A stretch of DNA of 63,531 bases from Girardia tigrina (taxonomy: Eukaryota). The stretch covers positions 1 to 63,531 of the forward strand of contig MQRK01216426.1 in the NCBI GenBank assembly GCA_001938485.1. Reading direction: 5' to 3'. Made by a program: the position numbers and the translations under genes. Shown piece by piece: positions 1-38,180 of this stretch. The notes beneath the pieces are model-generated. The model was not told the DNA's origin. It worked only from the letters and a program-made list of their open reading frames with translations, and made no database searches. Each line of letters begins with the position of its first letter. Within the stretch, counting starts at the first letter, position 1.

Positions 1-270
1 AAACCCCTTATGACACTGTCAAAGCACTTAAAGATGCCAGAGATAACAACAAAAAGAAATATAAAAGCCTGCTAACTGAAGCAAAGGCGGCTCATAAAGG
101 ATGGACTGTAATATTAGGAACAATTGTTTCGGCTGTATAGGATCTTGGCCCGCCGATAATGACAACCTGCTTAAAAACAAATTACATCTTTCAGGTACAA
201 CTATAAAAAATTTAACCAAAATGTGCATAGTGTCGAATATCAAATATTCCAACTCGACATGGCATAAACA
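1..270 (+). mobile_element. C-terminal restriction-like endonuclease (REL) fragment of an R2/NeSL/R4-type non-LTR retrotransposon, frameshifted
   Basis: Joining frames 3 and 2 gives PYDTVKALKDARDNNKKKYKSLL...WTVILGTIV/GCIGSWPADNDNLLK, the AR..K..KY and G..GSW..N motifs of REL domains. Confidence 0.7.
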
Positions 271-444
271 CAATACCGGTCAATATAACCCACTGATGTC
301 AAATGCGGTGACGACAAATCTTACCGATACAGTCACGCCATATGCACCAGTAGCCGGTTGATAACAATAACAATAACACAAGTCAAAGATGCTCTATACA
401 GCGACCATAGCTTTGAGCATCTAATGTATATCCCAGGATATCTT

Positions 445-910
445 TACATATTTCAACTTGAAATTTTGTCACGATTTTCTTCAAACTTTGCACACTTACT
501 CATTCTCGATGACAATAAATGATTATGTAAAAATTTGATTGAAAATAACTTTTTAAGATCCCAAAATGGGAAAAAACGGAAAATTCGGAGTTCCCGAACA
601 ATATTATTTATAAATTATAAGTAGTTTATATTAATTTTTATTGTTTTTTTAATGAAAATTTTTTAAACTTTAATAACTTTGTTAGCGAAGTAGAGTTCTG
701 TCTGCATAAAGAATGGATGTAAAAATAATTAATTTTTTGATTTACTAGTTTAGGATTAAAGTATTCCTTTGAAGTTTTGAAAACTAATGTCGGTCATGAC
801 ATTAACTTATATTTAAAGTTTCAGCTATGCACTGTAAGCTAACAGGATTTATTCAGGGGTTAAAAACGTCAAGCAAGAAGACAAGACAGGAAGTATATTA
901 GAGAGCGCAG
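445..910. repeat. Dispersed non-autonomous repeat (HINE/Helentron-like), related copy at ~50700-51395
   Basis: Shared blocks ACTCA.T.TCGATGAC.ATAAATGATTA, TAAAGAATGGAT.T.AAAA..TTTTTGATTTACTAG and TTTAAAGTTTCAG occur at both loci; family assignment is a guess. Confidence 0.45.
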
Positions 911-1257
911 ATAATAATTATTATCTTAATGAAAAATCAATAGTGAAAAATAAATTGCTTTCCATTAGAAACTTGTTTCAATATTCCATCTACTCATTAA
1001 GTAGAAGTAGTTGATGCATTAAATTAATCTAACAAAAACTTATTATGTTTTAATAGTTTTTAATCACAATGAATTTTGAAGTGTTATAAAATATCATTGT
1101 GTCGACGTTTAATGTGAATCTGTTTTTATTCATCTGCAAATTGAAAGTAACACAACAAATAACTGCAGTTATTTAAACAAAAAAGTATTCTACTAATGTT
1201 ACTATCGTTTATAGTTTCTTAATTAACCAAGTGAAAACTATTGATTGCATTGTAACT

Positions 1258-25961
<24,704 letters not shown>

Positions 25962-26528
25962 ATAAAATCTTTTAATTTTGGAGATATTTTTGAAAAATTA
26001 ATTAGATTATAATAAATATTTTTGCACATTTTCATTGATCTTTCAAATTAGATGTGTAGATTATTATTAATTAAAAATTAATGTATAATCGAACAAACTC
26101 CATATTTTTTTATAAAATAAGAAAATTTTTATTGTCATTGTTGTATATATGTTAAGTACTATTTTAGGTTTTTTTCATATTTAAGTAGTTTTTATTTCAT
26201 CATTCTATCAATCCGTTACATCCATCAGTTGCAACTGAAAAATAGTTTTTCATATAAATTATATTTTTAGCAGAATCAGTGATAGATCATCAAGCAATTC
26301 TTGGTGTTTCAAAATTTCAAAAAGTTTACATTGACTAATTATTAGTATTCATATGAAAATTTTCATCTTCTCTTCCAAGATTGAAAGAAAGATCGTAATT
26401 TCAAATATTGAAACAATTAGCATTTATTTGATCAGAATCTTTCTGTTCCTTTTTCGAGACTCAGATTCGAATGATAATTCGTTGATTTTTTTACTTCGAT
26501 TGCCTGTTATAAATATTGTATATAATAT

Positions 26529-26536
<8 letters not shown>

Positions 26537-26567
<31 letters not shown>

Positions 26568-26617
26568 NNNNNNNNNNNNNNNNNNNNNNNNNNNNNNNNN
26601 NNNNNNNNNNNNNNNNN

Positions 26618-26667
<50 letters not shown>
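26537..26667. repeat. (TA)n microsatellite spanning a gap (another at ~49901-50019)
   Basis: Direct observation. Confidence 0.95.
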
Positions 26668-26670
<3 letters not shown>

Positions 26671-29036
26671 ATTTTATTAATAAAATAATTGCAGTTACGA
26701 AATTTTTGATAAATATTATTATTAATTGAGTCTGAATTGAAACCAGAACAAAGACTTCTGCGTATGTTGATATGCAGATTGATCATACATTTGATTTGAC
26801 TCGTCCTGATTAGCTAGCCAATTAGAGAGAGTTGTTGGTCTGTGATGGTTTTTTAAATGTCTTTAATTGTGAATTTTTGTTTCCTTTTTAAGTCGACGCT
26901 GCTCATTAAATTTTTTGAAAATTATTGTCTTTTGAAGGTTATGATTTTCCTGGTTTAAAAGTGTGATTATTTTGTCGACTATTTTTTGAGTGACAATAAA
27001 TCTTGAGAGGATAAAATTTTCTTTTTTGTGAAGTTTGCCTTTTGTTATGAAATTTCAAGAAAGACTATGTGATTAAAAAGACAATTTTGTGAATGATAAT
27101 TAAAAAGATTTGTTGAAAAGGAAATTTTAAACATATTGCAATGATTTTCTTTGTGCGGAACAATTTTTGAAAACGATATGAGAACAACACATAAAGTAAA
27201 ACTTTCAATCGAAGACTATGAAACTCGAATTTCTTATCGATTCAGGTTCTACCGTCTTCTTATTTTCCTTATTCCGAAAAACCCGAAAGTAGCATATATG
27301 ACTTAGATACCCTCCAAACAGTCAGCGGTAAGGGTTATTAAATTAATACTTATTAGATTTATATAAACTACTTAATAATTCATAAAACATGTGATAACTG
27401 ATTTCAATTCATATAAAACTAAATTTTATTCATATAACTACTTAATAAAACTGGGCGATTCAGGCAATGTTTTAACATAGTAACTGGACACCCACCTAGA
27501 ATATTCCAACGTGTAACTCCATCTTCCTCCACCTCCAGATGCAACTGGTTTATCGGAGAAATAAACTTAAGAGATAAAATATGTCCTCCTTTATCACTCA
27601 CTCACCTATTTCGACTCTTACTCTTTAAAGCACGGCAAATAGACTGACTCATAAACTCATTATTCTGATGATAATCACAATCCCATTTCTATAGATCAAG
27701 TTGTGACTGTGCACGTGTATAGTGGTGAACCAGAGTTATTCATTGAAGAGTATCAATACTAAAAGTTATGTCCCGTATGGTTTAAATATGTTACGTTCGA
27801 GGGGGGTTGACGATATTTTCAACCTCCGTAGAGCTATAACAAAAAGGGAGGGAAATTACAATCAAATTAGATTGAAACCTTCCGACAAACGAGATGATTT
27901 TATTAAAGTTTATTAAAATTTCTTTATGATATTAAAAAAGAATTGCCAATTAATAATAAATAGAATGATTAGTAACTAAATGACAAAACAGCAATTATAT
28001 AAATAAGATTTATTTAATATATACAATAATACAAATAAAGAATTTACAACAATTTAACAAGTTACTTCAATATGTAATGTAGGATTTTAGTAGTGGTCAC
28101 AGTTCTTCGACTGCAGACCACGATGATGAGATTTGGAAGTAATAAAAATTATTATTTTAGAAAAATATAATATAGATTATTGATTAAATGTTAATAGTAT
28201 CAATATCAAAAGTTATGATAATAAATAATGCCAATAATCGAAAGTTTGTCTCACTGAAATTAGATATAATTTTTCTCCTTGGTCGGTTAAATTACAATTT
28301 TCTCGTAACTTCTGAACTAATAAACCTTCTTCGACCGATGCAACAATTTAAACCTTCTTCAAAAGATACAATAATTTGAATCTTGAAATGTCAACAATAA
28401 TTCTTTTTCAACTAGTATAATCTTCTTCAAACAATTAACAAAATGTTAACAATAATTCTTTAAATCAATAGGTTAGTCTTCAACCGAGAATTCGAACGAT
28501 CGACTTGTCTTCACTTAGTATAATCTTCTTCAAACAATTAACACGTATCAATCTTCTTGATCAAATTCTTCTCGACTGATGAGCCTGAATTTTTTTAAAA
28601 ACTTCTTCGAGATTATGGTTTTTTTTGTGTATATTGAATATTATTTTTAAGTTGTGTTGATCGATGTAGGTCGATTTTTAAATTTACGTTGGCTGAAAAT
28701 TTTAAGAGAGTTTCTTATTTGACCTTAAAATCATATTTTCTTATATAATATTTTTATAAATATAATATTTAGCTAAGTTCTATTAAATTGTTTATAATAA
28801 GTGTAATACTTTTAATTTAAATTAAATATAATATTTATTCTTTGAGATAAAATGAATTCCAAATAAAATCGTCGTATTATTTGCTTATTGATAAATAACG
28901 TACACAAAAATATATTTGATTAAAATAAAATAAAAATAGATCGATTAAAACAAGCAAAATAAAAACACAATAATTACAATCCCCAACAAATAGATGCATT
29001 TCAGAAAAATAGGTTGCATTTGCACGACATTGTCAG

Positions 29037-29314
29037 TGTTAATTACTCCGTACGTTTCGGTATGTTTATCAAGAAAACAAGACTCTTCTTTTGAAAACAT
29101 TTATTCAAGAACAAGAATATACAATCACGTTTAATTTAAATATTCGCCGAAAATCTGAATATTAAAACAAATATATTAATTTTTCATATATTCATTTTAT
29201 CATTTAATAATTCAAATAAAGATCATCGTGTTAATAATTACATTGAATGGGAGAGAACAACATACTCAACAAATTTCAATCAACACACATTAATTAGCAG
29301 ACAAACCCCTCACA
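29037..29314 (-). mobile_element. Solo LTR (TGTGAG...AACA)
   Basis: GTCAG 5-bp TSD on both sides; polyA signal on minus strand. Confidence 0.7.
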
Positions 29315-29370
29315 GTCAGAAAGTGGGTGACCAGTAATAAACTGTTAAAATATGGCCTGGGCGATTTATA

Positions 29371-29931
29371 GAGTTTATCGATCAATATAATGATCTTTGC
29401 AAGCAATATAATAAAAATATAAAATAAGATGAAAATTCCAAACATTTATTTCATTCTTTCTTGTCTAAAATGACAAGCCTTTAAACGAAGTATCACTCCT
29501 GTTTTCAAATGTTTCGTAAAATGATGTTTACAGTTTGACATTTTACACCATATATCGATGCAATAGCCGAGGTAGAATGTCCTTCTAGAGACCTTTCATT
29601 TATTCTGTTTTTCATTATTTGAAACTACACATTTCTAAAGACTTGACGTGGCTGAATTTGTGGTTGTTTCTATGTTTTCTTGATTATTTTGTTTTAATTG
29701 ATTTTCTTGCATATCATTTTCATTAGAACAAGTCTCATTAGAATATTGCGCTGTCATTGAGATGGTCATTAAAAATAAAAAGTATAAATTAAATATTGCA
29801 TATTTATAATGTCATATTTTAATGCGTAATGTATAGCCATAAAATAATCCCAAAATAAAAATTTTATTTCCGTAGTTTTGAATTGTGTTTATTATATTTT
29901 TCGCAAAGATTATTATATTGATCGTAAAACT
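29371..29931 (-). mobile_element. IS630/Tc1-like deletion derivative
   Basis: ~50-bp imperfect TIRs (CGATCAATATAAT.ATCTTTGC); HTH remnant LEGHSTSAIASIYGVKCQTVNIIL. Confidence 0.65.
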
Positions 29932-29956
29932 TCATTACGCTTCATTACATCGGTTT

Positions 29957-30406
29957 TATTAACAGCATCACAATTTGAATGCAAACATTTATTGACAACA
30001 CAAACAGATTCTTCACAATAATTTTCATTGGTCATCTTTCTTTGATTGATATAGTTTTTTGTAAATATATTTAAATCTAAAAAAACAATGAATGGAAAAG
30101 TTTAATAATAAATTTTAATTTCTCATAATTTTTATTGGATAAAAGTCATTACATAATTTTTTAAATAAACATTAATTTTTAATATATATCTTATTTAATA
30201 ATTTAAAATCATTTACTGAAAATATTATTAAAATTCATAATTATCAAACTTTAATTAATTAGTACTTAAAATTAATATCATTGAATTAATTTCATTAGAT
30301 TCAAATAATCAATCAATAAACATATCAATCCCATCTGAGTAGGAGAGTCACAAATCTAAACAGCATACAAACAACAAACTTACAACATTCCAAATTATCC
30401 CTCACA
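29957..30406 (-). mobile_element. Solo LTR, 450 bp, TGTGAG...TTAATA family
   Basis: GGTTT 5-bp TSD; uninterrupted copy of the target site at 30951-31007. Confidence 0.85.
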
Positions 30407-31708
30407 GGTTTCATAAGCATAAAAATATTCTTTAGAATTCTATACTCATATATATTCATATATACAGCTGTTCTAGATTAAATATTCCGTGTAGGCATTT
30501 GGATATATTCCTGTATATAAAAATATATTTAAAATTTAAAAAAAATAAAGTTACCAATTAGAATCGACCTTGTATGTATTTATATAGATCATACACCATT
30601 TTTAAATGTCACAAAAATATAAAAATAAATTTCACACAAACAAAAAAGGCATGCATTGGTAATACATACATACAATGCAATGTCAAAAAATCATACACAC
30701 CAGCATACAAACATAATTTTGGAGCATTAAAATATATTCAAAAGCATTTGCTTATGACAGCTCCCACATTTTACAAAATAACTAGAAAAAGTAAATTTAA
30801 AAAAATAACGCAAAATAGCCAGATACGAGTAGCTTAAAGATTACTTCATCAAAAATGGATGTGGGAAATATTATCCCTAAGCTAGTGCCCATCTGTCACT
30901 AGGACTTGATGTGCACTTATGATAAGACGAAATGGAAATTTATTTGAAAACGCTTCATTACATCGGTTTCATAAGCATAAAAATATTCTTTAGAATTCTA
31001 TACTCATCCGCTACCTTTTGATTTATCTTTAAGTGTTTCAAGATCCATAGGATAAGTAGACAGTAAATCAAACATAATTTCCATAAACCAATTCTGATGG
31101 TCAAGGAATAATCCTTATAGTTTTTCTAAGATCATTAAATTCATGCATAAGATCTTTATATACAAAATAAGCAAAATCACACAATAAAAAGCAAATATTC
31201 CTTAAATTTTATTTAATAAAAACATAGATATGTTTCTTTGAAAAAAACTACAAAATGTGATCTTTTCCTTTACAAAATTGGTATTTTAAAATCTAAACAC
31301 GACTCGCCAATATCTGGCACCCCCAATACCAAACTCCAAAGTCTCTCTAGCGAGTCAAAGTGGATTTCGCGAGGAAATTCCGACATGATTCTGTAGTGAT
31401 TAATGAGGTGCGATTTCGATGCAGCTAAATCCGAGTTGATACTGCCTGACTTTTTTATGTAGCCAATGTTTTTGATGAATGTTTTTGTCATAAACATCGG
31501 AAATCTCGGCATATAAATTGCATTTGCAAGAGCGTCCCAGTTCGCATTTACGCATTATGCAGAGTGAGCAATCGAGAACGCTGTTGCTTCATTCTTTTGC
31601 CATATTTTCAATTTATATAATCACAGATTTAATTCGATATCGATAATTAATACATATTTTTGTCATATATAAATGCTTTTGTGGCATAAATAAATGAGAA
31701 TGAGTATA

Positions 31709-32275
31709 TCGTCGTGGCAATAATTCACCAGCCACCCCTAAAAACTTGTACGATCGAAAGCCTCCTTCAACCAGACGTCGACGAATGATTCGTGCACTAG
31801 GCAATTGTTAGCTGGAATATCAGCTTGTATTGCGCGGGAACCAGCAAATGGATATGTCTTGCAGGATCTCAAATGGCTCGATCTATCACCTTGCTTGTGA
31901 TACGCGGCCTTCCACCGCGTTTCGTACTGGCAAAGGTGCAGGTGGTTTGATGAAGACGAAGAGTGTCGACTACTGCAGCGCGGCTTATATTGAATCGCAC
32001 GGCAATTGCACGGTTCGACACTCCAGTGTCGTGTAAAGCGACGATTTTTGCCCTCAGAGTGGTTAAAGGTTGGTTGCCAGTCATGTCGGAATAGTCCCAA
32101 ACACTTGACACAAATACTTTTATCTATCATAATAACATAGTGGGTATGCTACTAAAGCTGTCTTCTTATTGAATGTTGGTTAAGAACATTATTTACATGC
32201 CCTTACACACACACGCACGTAGATATTAATTTTCTTTAAAATGCAGGGGTGGCCGGTGAATTATGGTCACGACTG
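31709..32275 (-). mobile_element. Tc1-like deletion derivative
   Basis: TIRs GTCGTG.CAATAATTCACC.GCCACCCCT; HTH peptide RAKIVALHDTGVSNRAIAVRFNISRAAV..GGRPRITS. Confidence 0.85.
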
Positions 32276-33784
32276 AATTTATATAAATAAGAAATCATTT
32301 AGTAATTTCAGATAGCAAATCAGAGAGCAGAACCAAACGTATTATCAAGAGTGACAGTACACAATTTTATGCTACTAGACGAATATTTTGCCATTATAAA
32401 TGTGTTTAAAAATCAGCATACGGTACTGTTTCCTATTATTTAATTATTTTAATATGTTAGGTATATATAAAAATAAAAGTATTAAAAATAAGTTTGTTTT
32501 AATTAACAAGATAAAATAAGAATTTATTGATCTTTTTATCAAATTAAATATAATTTATATACAAATTATTAAATTAAAAAGATAAATAAGTAGGTTGAAT
32601 TGGAAAAGTAATTTTTATGAAAAGATAATTAAAAATTTGAATAAATAAATAAAGAAATTTAAAATTAAAGGAAAACAGTATTAAAGGAACACAATTTACA
32701 ATTTATTTCAGACTTAAATTAAGACTTAATTAAGGATTTTAGACCTAATTATTTAATCTCGATTTGCTGGGAAAATAAACTCAAGTTATTTTTCCAGGTG
32801 TAAAAATCCATAATAAAAGTAGTCCTCAAGTGATTATATTGTGCAAATCAAACCCACCTGGATATTATTTCTCACGCTAGTATTTGTATAAAAGTTGAGT
32901 AAAAAAACAAGTAAGTTAGACTCCTATAATCTGGACCAAGAAGAGTAAAAGTCTAAGCAAAGAAAAAGTACGAAAGAAATATATAAATTATTTATCTTTA
33001 ATTAAATATTTGATATATATACTTTTTTTTAAAAAATTTCAGTTGGACAAAAGAATCTTCTTTTCCCATCTTACCCAAAATATAAAATAATAAATAAGCT
33101 AAGTCACTTAAATATCCTTGAATCCGTCAAAAATGACATATTATTAATTTAGATAGTAAATCTGTTTATTAATTCGCGTATTTCCCTCTGGATTTCTCAT
33201 ATGTGCAAAATTTCAGCTCAATCGGACAATATAAAGTGGGATAAATCCTTTTACAAGATTTGCATCTATCAAACTAACAAATAGTCGAAGTGAGCTAAAA
33301 CAAGCGTGGTCAATGTGATAAAAGCATTGATTCCAGTTGATTAATTTTATTAAGTATTTGAAAATAATTGTAATTAAATTTTTGAACAATTGCAAATATA
33401 CTAATTCATGCATGTGAATATATTTATACATAATCCTTAACAATAAAAATAAATCATTAAAAATTATCTAAAATTTATAGGCATTTTCCAATAATGAATG
33501 CCACCATTTCATCAATGTATCGAATCAAAATTATGGACACAAATTGCTATTGCATATACATTACTTATAATTGACGAGTGCGGTTGCAAATGAATTTTCT
33601 AGAAACGATAAAATTTCTATAAAAAATTCATTTGTTTATCTGTGTCAAATTACAAAGTCATTTAAACTACACAATTTGAATTTATTCTCAAATATTAAAT
33701 CACACTTGGTTATATTGGAATATTTATTTAAACACTTTCTGAATTTGACAATTTCACTTATCAAATAATAAAGAGAATTTTATA

Positions 33785-34549
33785 ATGTTCTTAACAATTT
33801 CATTGTTTATTTTTCATTTTGTTCAAATCGAAGCGATGTTTAATTGTTTTAAATGCGGTGGTTATGATGCTACGTTTTGTATAAATGAGCAGATCAAATC
33901 ATTTAATATTATAAATGCCAAATGCCTGATCCAAAAATCAAATAATAAGACTGGAACATGTATCATTTGTAAATTGGGTTGCTATTTTCAGGAGAACGGG
34001 ATGAATATCAACGATAAATATTACCAATTTCTCTCCAGCGAACCAACATTTGAACTAATTTTATATAATTTTAGTGTTATTCCTCACTTAATTCAAATTA
34101 AGTCAACAATTCCGGTTGATATTTCTAATATAAGATTTGTTGTTGAACTGGAAGGATTTATAAGTATAAACTGTGTGACGAAATTTGTCAATCATAACAC
34201 AATTTGGTGTGAAATTCCTCAACCCGAATCACATGAAGAAGCAAATCCGAATTTCAATGTGAGAATAAAATTTGGTGATTTGGATTGTCGAAAGAATATA
34301 TTTCTTAAGAGCATCAAATTGAACCTGAAAGTATTGGAAAGAAATGCTTTTACATACATATATCATGTGATATTATTCATGTTAACAGCGGGAATTATAG
34401 TAACAATTATATTTATAATGAAATTTCCGCAAATAAAACAACGAATTTCTGATATGAAAAGAAAAAAAGGAAGACGAAGTCAAATAAAAAAACTGACAGC
34501 GGTAAAAAGGAATGATGAGAATATTTATGATATTAATGATAATATTTAG
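33785..34549 (+). CDS. Orphan single-exon type-I membrane protein, 254 aa (signal peptide, Cys-rich ectodomain with possible IPT/TIG-like segment, one TM helix, basic tail)
   Basis: Long ATG-stop ORF in very AT-rich DNA; hydrophobic N-terminus; TM YIYHVILFMLTAGIIVTIIFIM followed by KRKKGRR. Confidence 0.75.
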   Translation: MFLTISLFIFHFVQIEAMFNCFKCGGYDATFCINEQIKSFNIINAKCLIQKSNNKTGTCIICKLGCYFQENGMNINDKYYQFLSSEPTFELILYNFSVIPHLIQIKSTIPVDISNIRFVVELEGFISINCVTKFVNHNTIWCEIPQPESHEEANPNFNVRIKFGDLDCRKNIFLKSIKLNLKVLERNAFTYIYHVILFMLTAGIIVTIIFIMKFPQIKQRISDMKRKKGRRSQIKKLTAVKRNDENIYDINDNI

Positions 34550-35757
34550 AATTACATATGGATTTAAAATAATTTTATTTATATACTTTTAATTATTGAT
34601 ATAAGTTACAAAATAATTGATTTTATATTTTTCTTTATTTATTTAATTATTATTAATTTAATGATAATATATAACATGAGTCATATTGCTACATTAACGC
34701 ATATTTTGTCGTTAAAAATCTAACGTTGTTTAAGTGGTAAAACTTACTGTTTTATTTCTTCCATTGATTTTTTTCTTAATTTTTTTAATGTATTTAGAAA
34801 TGTTGTTATGTATTTTGCATGCAAATAATTTTATGATAATGAGTAACCAAAAATAATTTATATTAAACAACGATAAAAGTATTAAAATAACAAATATAAA
34901 ATGTATATCATTTGTGGTTAGACCTAAAATATCATCAATTTATAATTATAATTTTAATTTTTCGTCAGTATTTAAAATGAAACATTTTTCAAAACTTTAG
35001 TATTTAACATATTTTGGTAATTATTTACTTTATCTTTATTATCGTCGTGATTCTAGTTCTTATCATTCCGTCACATTTCATGAAGAGGAAATTGTAAAAG
35101 AAAACCCAAAACAAATAAATAATAACAACTTATGTATAAAATGTGTATCAATCACCTAGAAATTACTATTTTTCCTCATGAAGTAAATAACACAATGTAG
35201 ACTTGGTTTGCAAATTTTATTGTCACGGATCCAACAATCTGTATACTGGAAAAACTAAATGATTTCTCCAAATTCACAGGCAGGCTAAATGTAAACATTC
35301 TAGGTGTAGAATATATAATTATTGTTTTTAAAAAGCTTTCCGTATGTCCGTAATAAAAATATTAAATATCTTAACTTTTCATGCTTAGATTTGAAAAACA
35401 TGCTACATTAACTTATATTCCATGACCTATCCGATTCGATAAATAAAAAAGTTTTAAAACGTGCTTTTAAATGTTTAGAATCGAATCAACAATAAAAAAT
35501 TAACATTTTTTTCAATTATTGAGTCTGGAAAAACCCAATAAATATGAATAATATTATCAATTTGACTGTTTATGAAATTTTTTCAAATATATTTTTTTCT
35601 AGATAAAGATCCTAGATAGACTGATCAAATAAGTCAGGTAATAATCTGGAATAATTTAAAATATAAATTTGAATTCTTCGTTGTGTAATATATCTTTAAC
35701 CTGTCAAGCACTTATGACGAATATATTCGCCACAGCAAATATATTAGATAGCGCTTA

Positions 35758-37482
35758 CCCTGTTTTATGGTTATATGGTGGCACCTTAGTAGATTTTAAA
35801 AGACAAAAATTTACCCCGAAAGCACCTTAGTAAACAGTGGAACCTTAGTTAAAAGTGGCACCTTTGTAAAACGCAACAAAAATTTTAAAAAAATTTCCAT
35901 CTTTTTCAATTATATTTTTTAATCATCATAATCTTCATCTTCGCTACCAAAATTATTTTCATCCAACAAAATACCAATGAGCTGCTCACGAATACCTTGA
36001 TCTTCATCTACCTCATCTTTAGATTCTTCAGATTCTTCATCGCTTTCCTCAATAACTACATCTTCAACGTCTTCGTGTTCATTCGGATAAAAATTGATTG
36101 TGGTCTTCTTGAAGCCATTTTTGATGGCAGAAACTGAAACTGAATCCCACGACTCTGATATCTATTGACAAATCTCTTCGCATGAAGCTCTCTTCAAATT
36201 TCCTGATTTCGTATATTACTTATAACCTTTAATCATCCAATTTTCCCAATGATGACGTAAATGAGCGTTAAATGATTTGTTGACAGTGATATCCAAAACT
36301 TGTAATTTTTTCGTTAATCCACCTGGAATCATGGACATTAAGGTTCCATTTGCAACAAATTTTGATTTGACTTCAGCAGTTCAATGTCCTGGAGAAGTGA
36401 TTTTGGATTAAAAATTGCCATTCTTCTTCTCAACCATACTTTTTCAAACCACAGAAGAGTTTCACTGGATGTCATGCAAGATTTTTCATTAGCTGATACG
36501 ATAACATTTTGTGGAAACGATCTTTTTGGTATTGTTTTGCGGTGGAAAATGACATATGCGGGCAATTTATACCCATCAGCAGTAACACATAAGACGACTG
36601 TAAATCGAGATTTTCCAGCACCAGTTGTTGCGACGCAAACATCAGAAGAACCTTTTTGGTCAACAGTAAATTTTGATGGCATATCAAACGTTACAGGAAC
36701 TTCGTCCATGTTACCAATGTGTTGAAGAGAATATGCTTTTCTGTTTTTTGAAACAAAATCCACAAAATTCATCATTTGCTGTTCCCAATCATCAGGAAAT
36801 TTCTGACTAACTGAACTTACTACACGCACAGTAAGTCTATTTCTCTTCATGAAGCTACTAATCAAAATGTAGAAATTTAAAATCTTTAATGTTCATTCGT
36901 ATAGCCATTCCTCTAGCTTCACTTAAAATGGATGTTCCGGAAACAGCATATCATTCTTTTCTTTGTTTCAGTACTCATTCTTTTAATTTTACTTCCAATT
37001 CAGGCCATTTAATTCATCGAATTCTCTTCACACTTTTTTCTTCCTTATTTCATTTGGCTTCCGTGAAATCCTTCTCGTTCTTCCATCGTTGAATTTGATT
37101 GCTATGAACTTTGAAATATTCAGCTGCCTTTGAATGTGAAGAATTTAGAGCGTAATTAACAGCATCCAGTTTAAATTGCAATGTTTAAGTCTTTCGCTTT
37201 GCACTTGACATTTTTAGAGTACCCCGTTTTATGGTAAATTAAAACTAATTTTCATTTAAAAATAAAATTTTTAAAAAAAAGCATAAAAACATTTTAAATA
37301 ATTTTTTTAAAAAAAGCATAAAAAAACATTATTAAAAAAAGATTATTAAAAAATTAAAAAAGTATAAAAATATATAATAAGATGGCACCTAAGAAGAAAA
37401 AACATAAAATTTCAGGGCCCAAAAAAAATTTCATAAGGTGGCACCTAAGTAAGCAGGGGTACCTTATAACCATAAAACAGGG
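35758..37482 (-). mobile_element. pogo-family DNA transposon (DDE_1), disrupted transposase ~35918-37211
   Basis: TIRs CCCTGTTTTATGGTTATA, TA TSD; IGNMDEVPVTFD, RFTVVLCVTADGYKLP, IPGGLT..LQVLD, acidic C-tail. Confidence 0.93.
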
Positions 37483-37577
37483 TAAAACGAATACATATTT
37501 TCATAAATACATAAACGAATTCGAATATTTTCGAATTATCAATAGAGTTAAACACGTTTTAATGTTTTGCGAATATA

Positions 37578-37977
37578 CAGGGGTGACCATAAGTCGCTTT
37601 ACCCAGTTTTAATAATAATAAACACAAAATTCTAAATGATTTATAAACAAAAACCAGATAATTTTTTTTGTTTTAATAATTATTTATTTAAAAATTTTTT
37701 AAATTATTTCATTTTGTTCATTGTTGTTGGCAATATTGGCATGGCATGACAATTAACACAACAGCAACAAATTTTTATAGTAAAGCAGTGGATAAAGCAT
37801 GATAGAAATTCAAGAGCTGTAGCTGCAGCATTTGCAAAAGAGTATCCTAATGACGCTCCTCCATCACGACAATCAATGATTTAATAAAAAAAGCGCTGAT
37901 TAAATAAAAGTTATATAATTTAGAATTTTGTGTTTATTATTATTAAAACTGGATAAAGTGACTTATGGCCACCCCTG
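37578..37977 (+). mobile_element. Tc1/mariner-superfamily MITE retaining the transposase N-terminus
   Basis: ~60-bp TIRs CAGGGGTG.CCATAAGTC.CTTTA, TA flanks; LTQQQQIFIVKQW..AVAAAFAKEYPNDAPPSRQS. Confidence 0.85.
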
Positions 37978-38180
37978 TATATTCGCAAAACATTAAAACG
38001 TGTTTAACTCTATGGATAATTCGAAAATATTCGCTTACTTGAAATAAATATGAATATATGTTGTCTTATATTGTTTCCGCGTATTGTTCTTGGTATCCAC
38101 TTCGTTCGACGAAATATGCCACTAGACAGGTTAAGAGTTCCTTTTCGAATCTTTTAAGTACCTTTTATAGTTCTCAAAAT

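Larger units (their letters stand above)
35700..38130. mobile_element. TTAA-flanked piggyBac-like non-autonomous element hosting two nested insertions
   Basis: TTAA|CCTGTC.AG ... CTAGACAGG|TTAA. Confidence 0.6.

Noticed and set aside
28576-28610. CTGATGAG hammerhead-like start (also CTGATGA at ~27665)
   Set aside because: No paired stem II followed by GAAA
27789-28978. Long solo LTR
   Set aside because: LTR-like composition and an internal 30-bp duplication, but no TSD or second copy found
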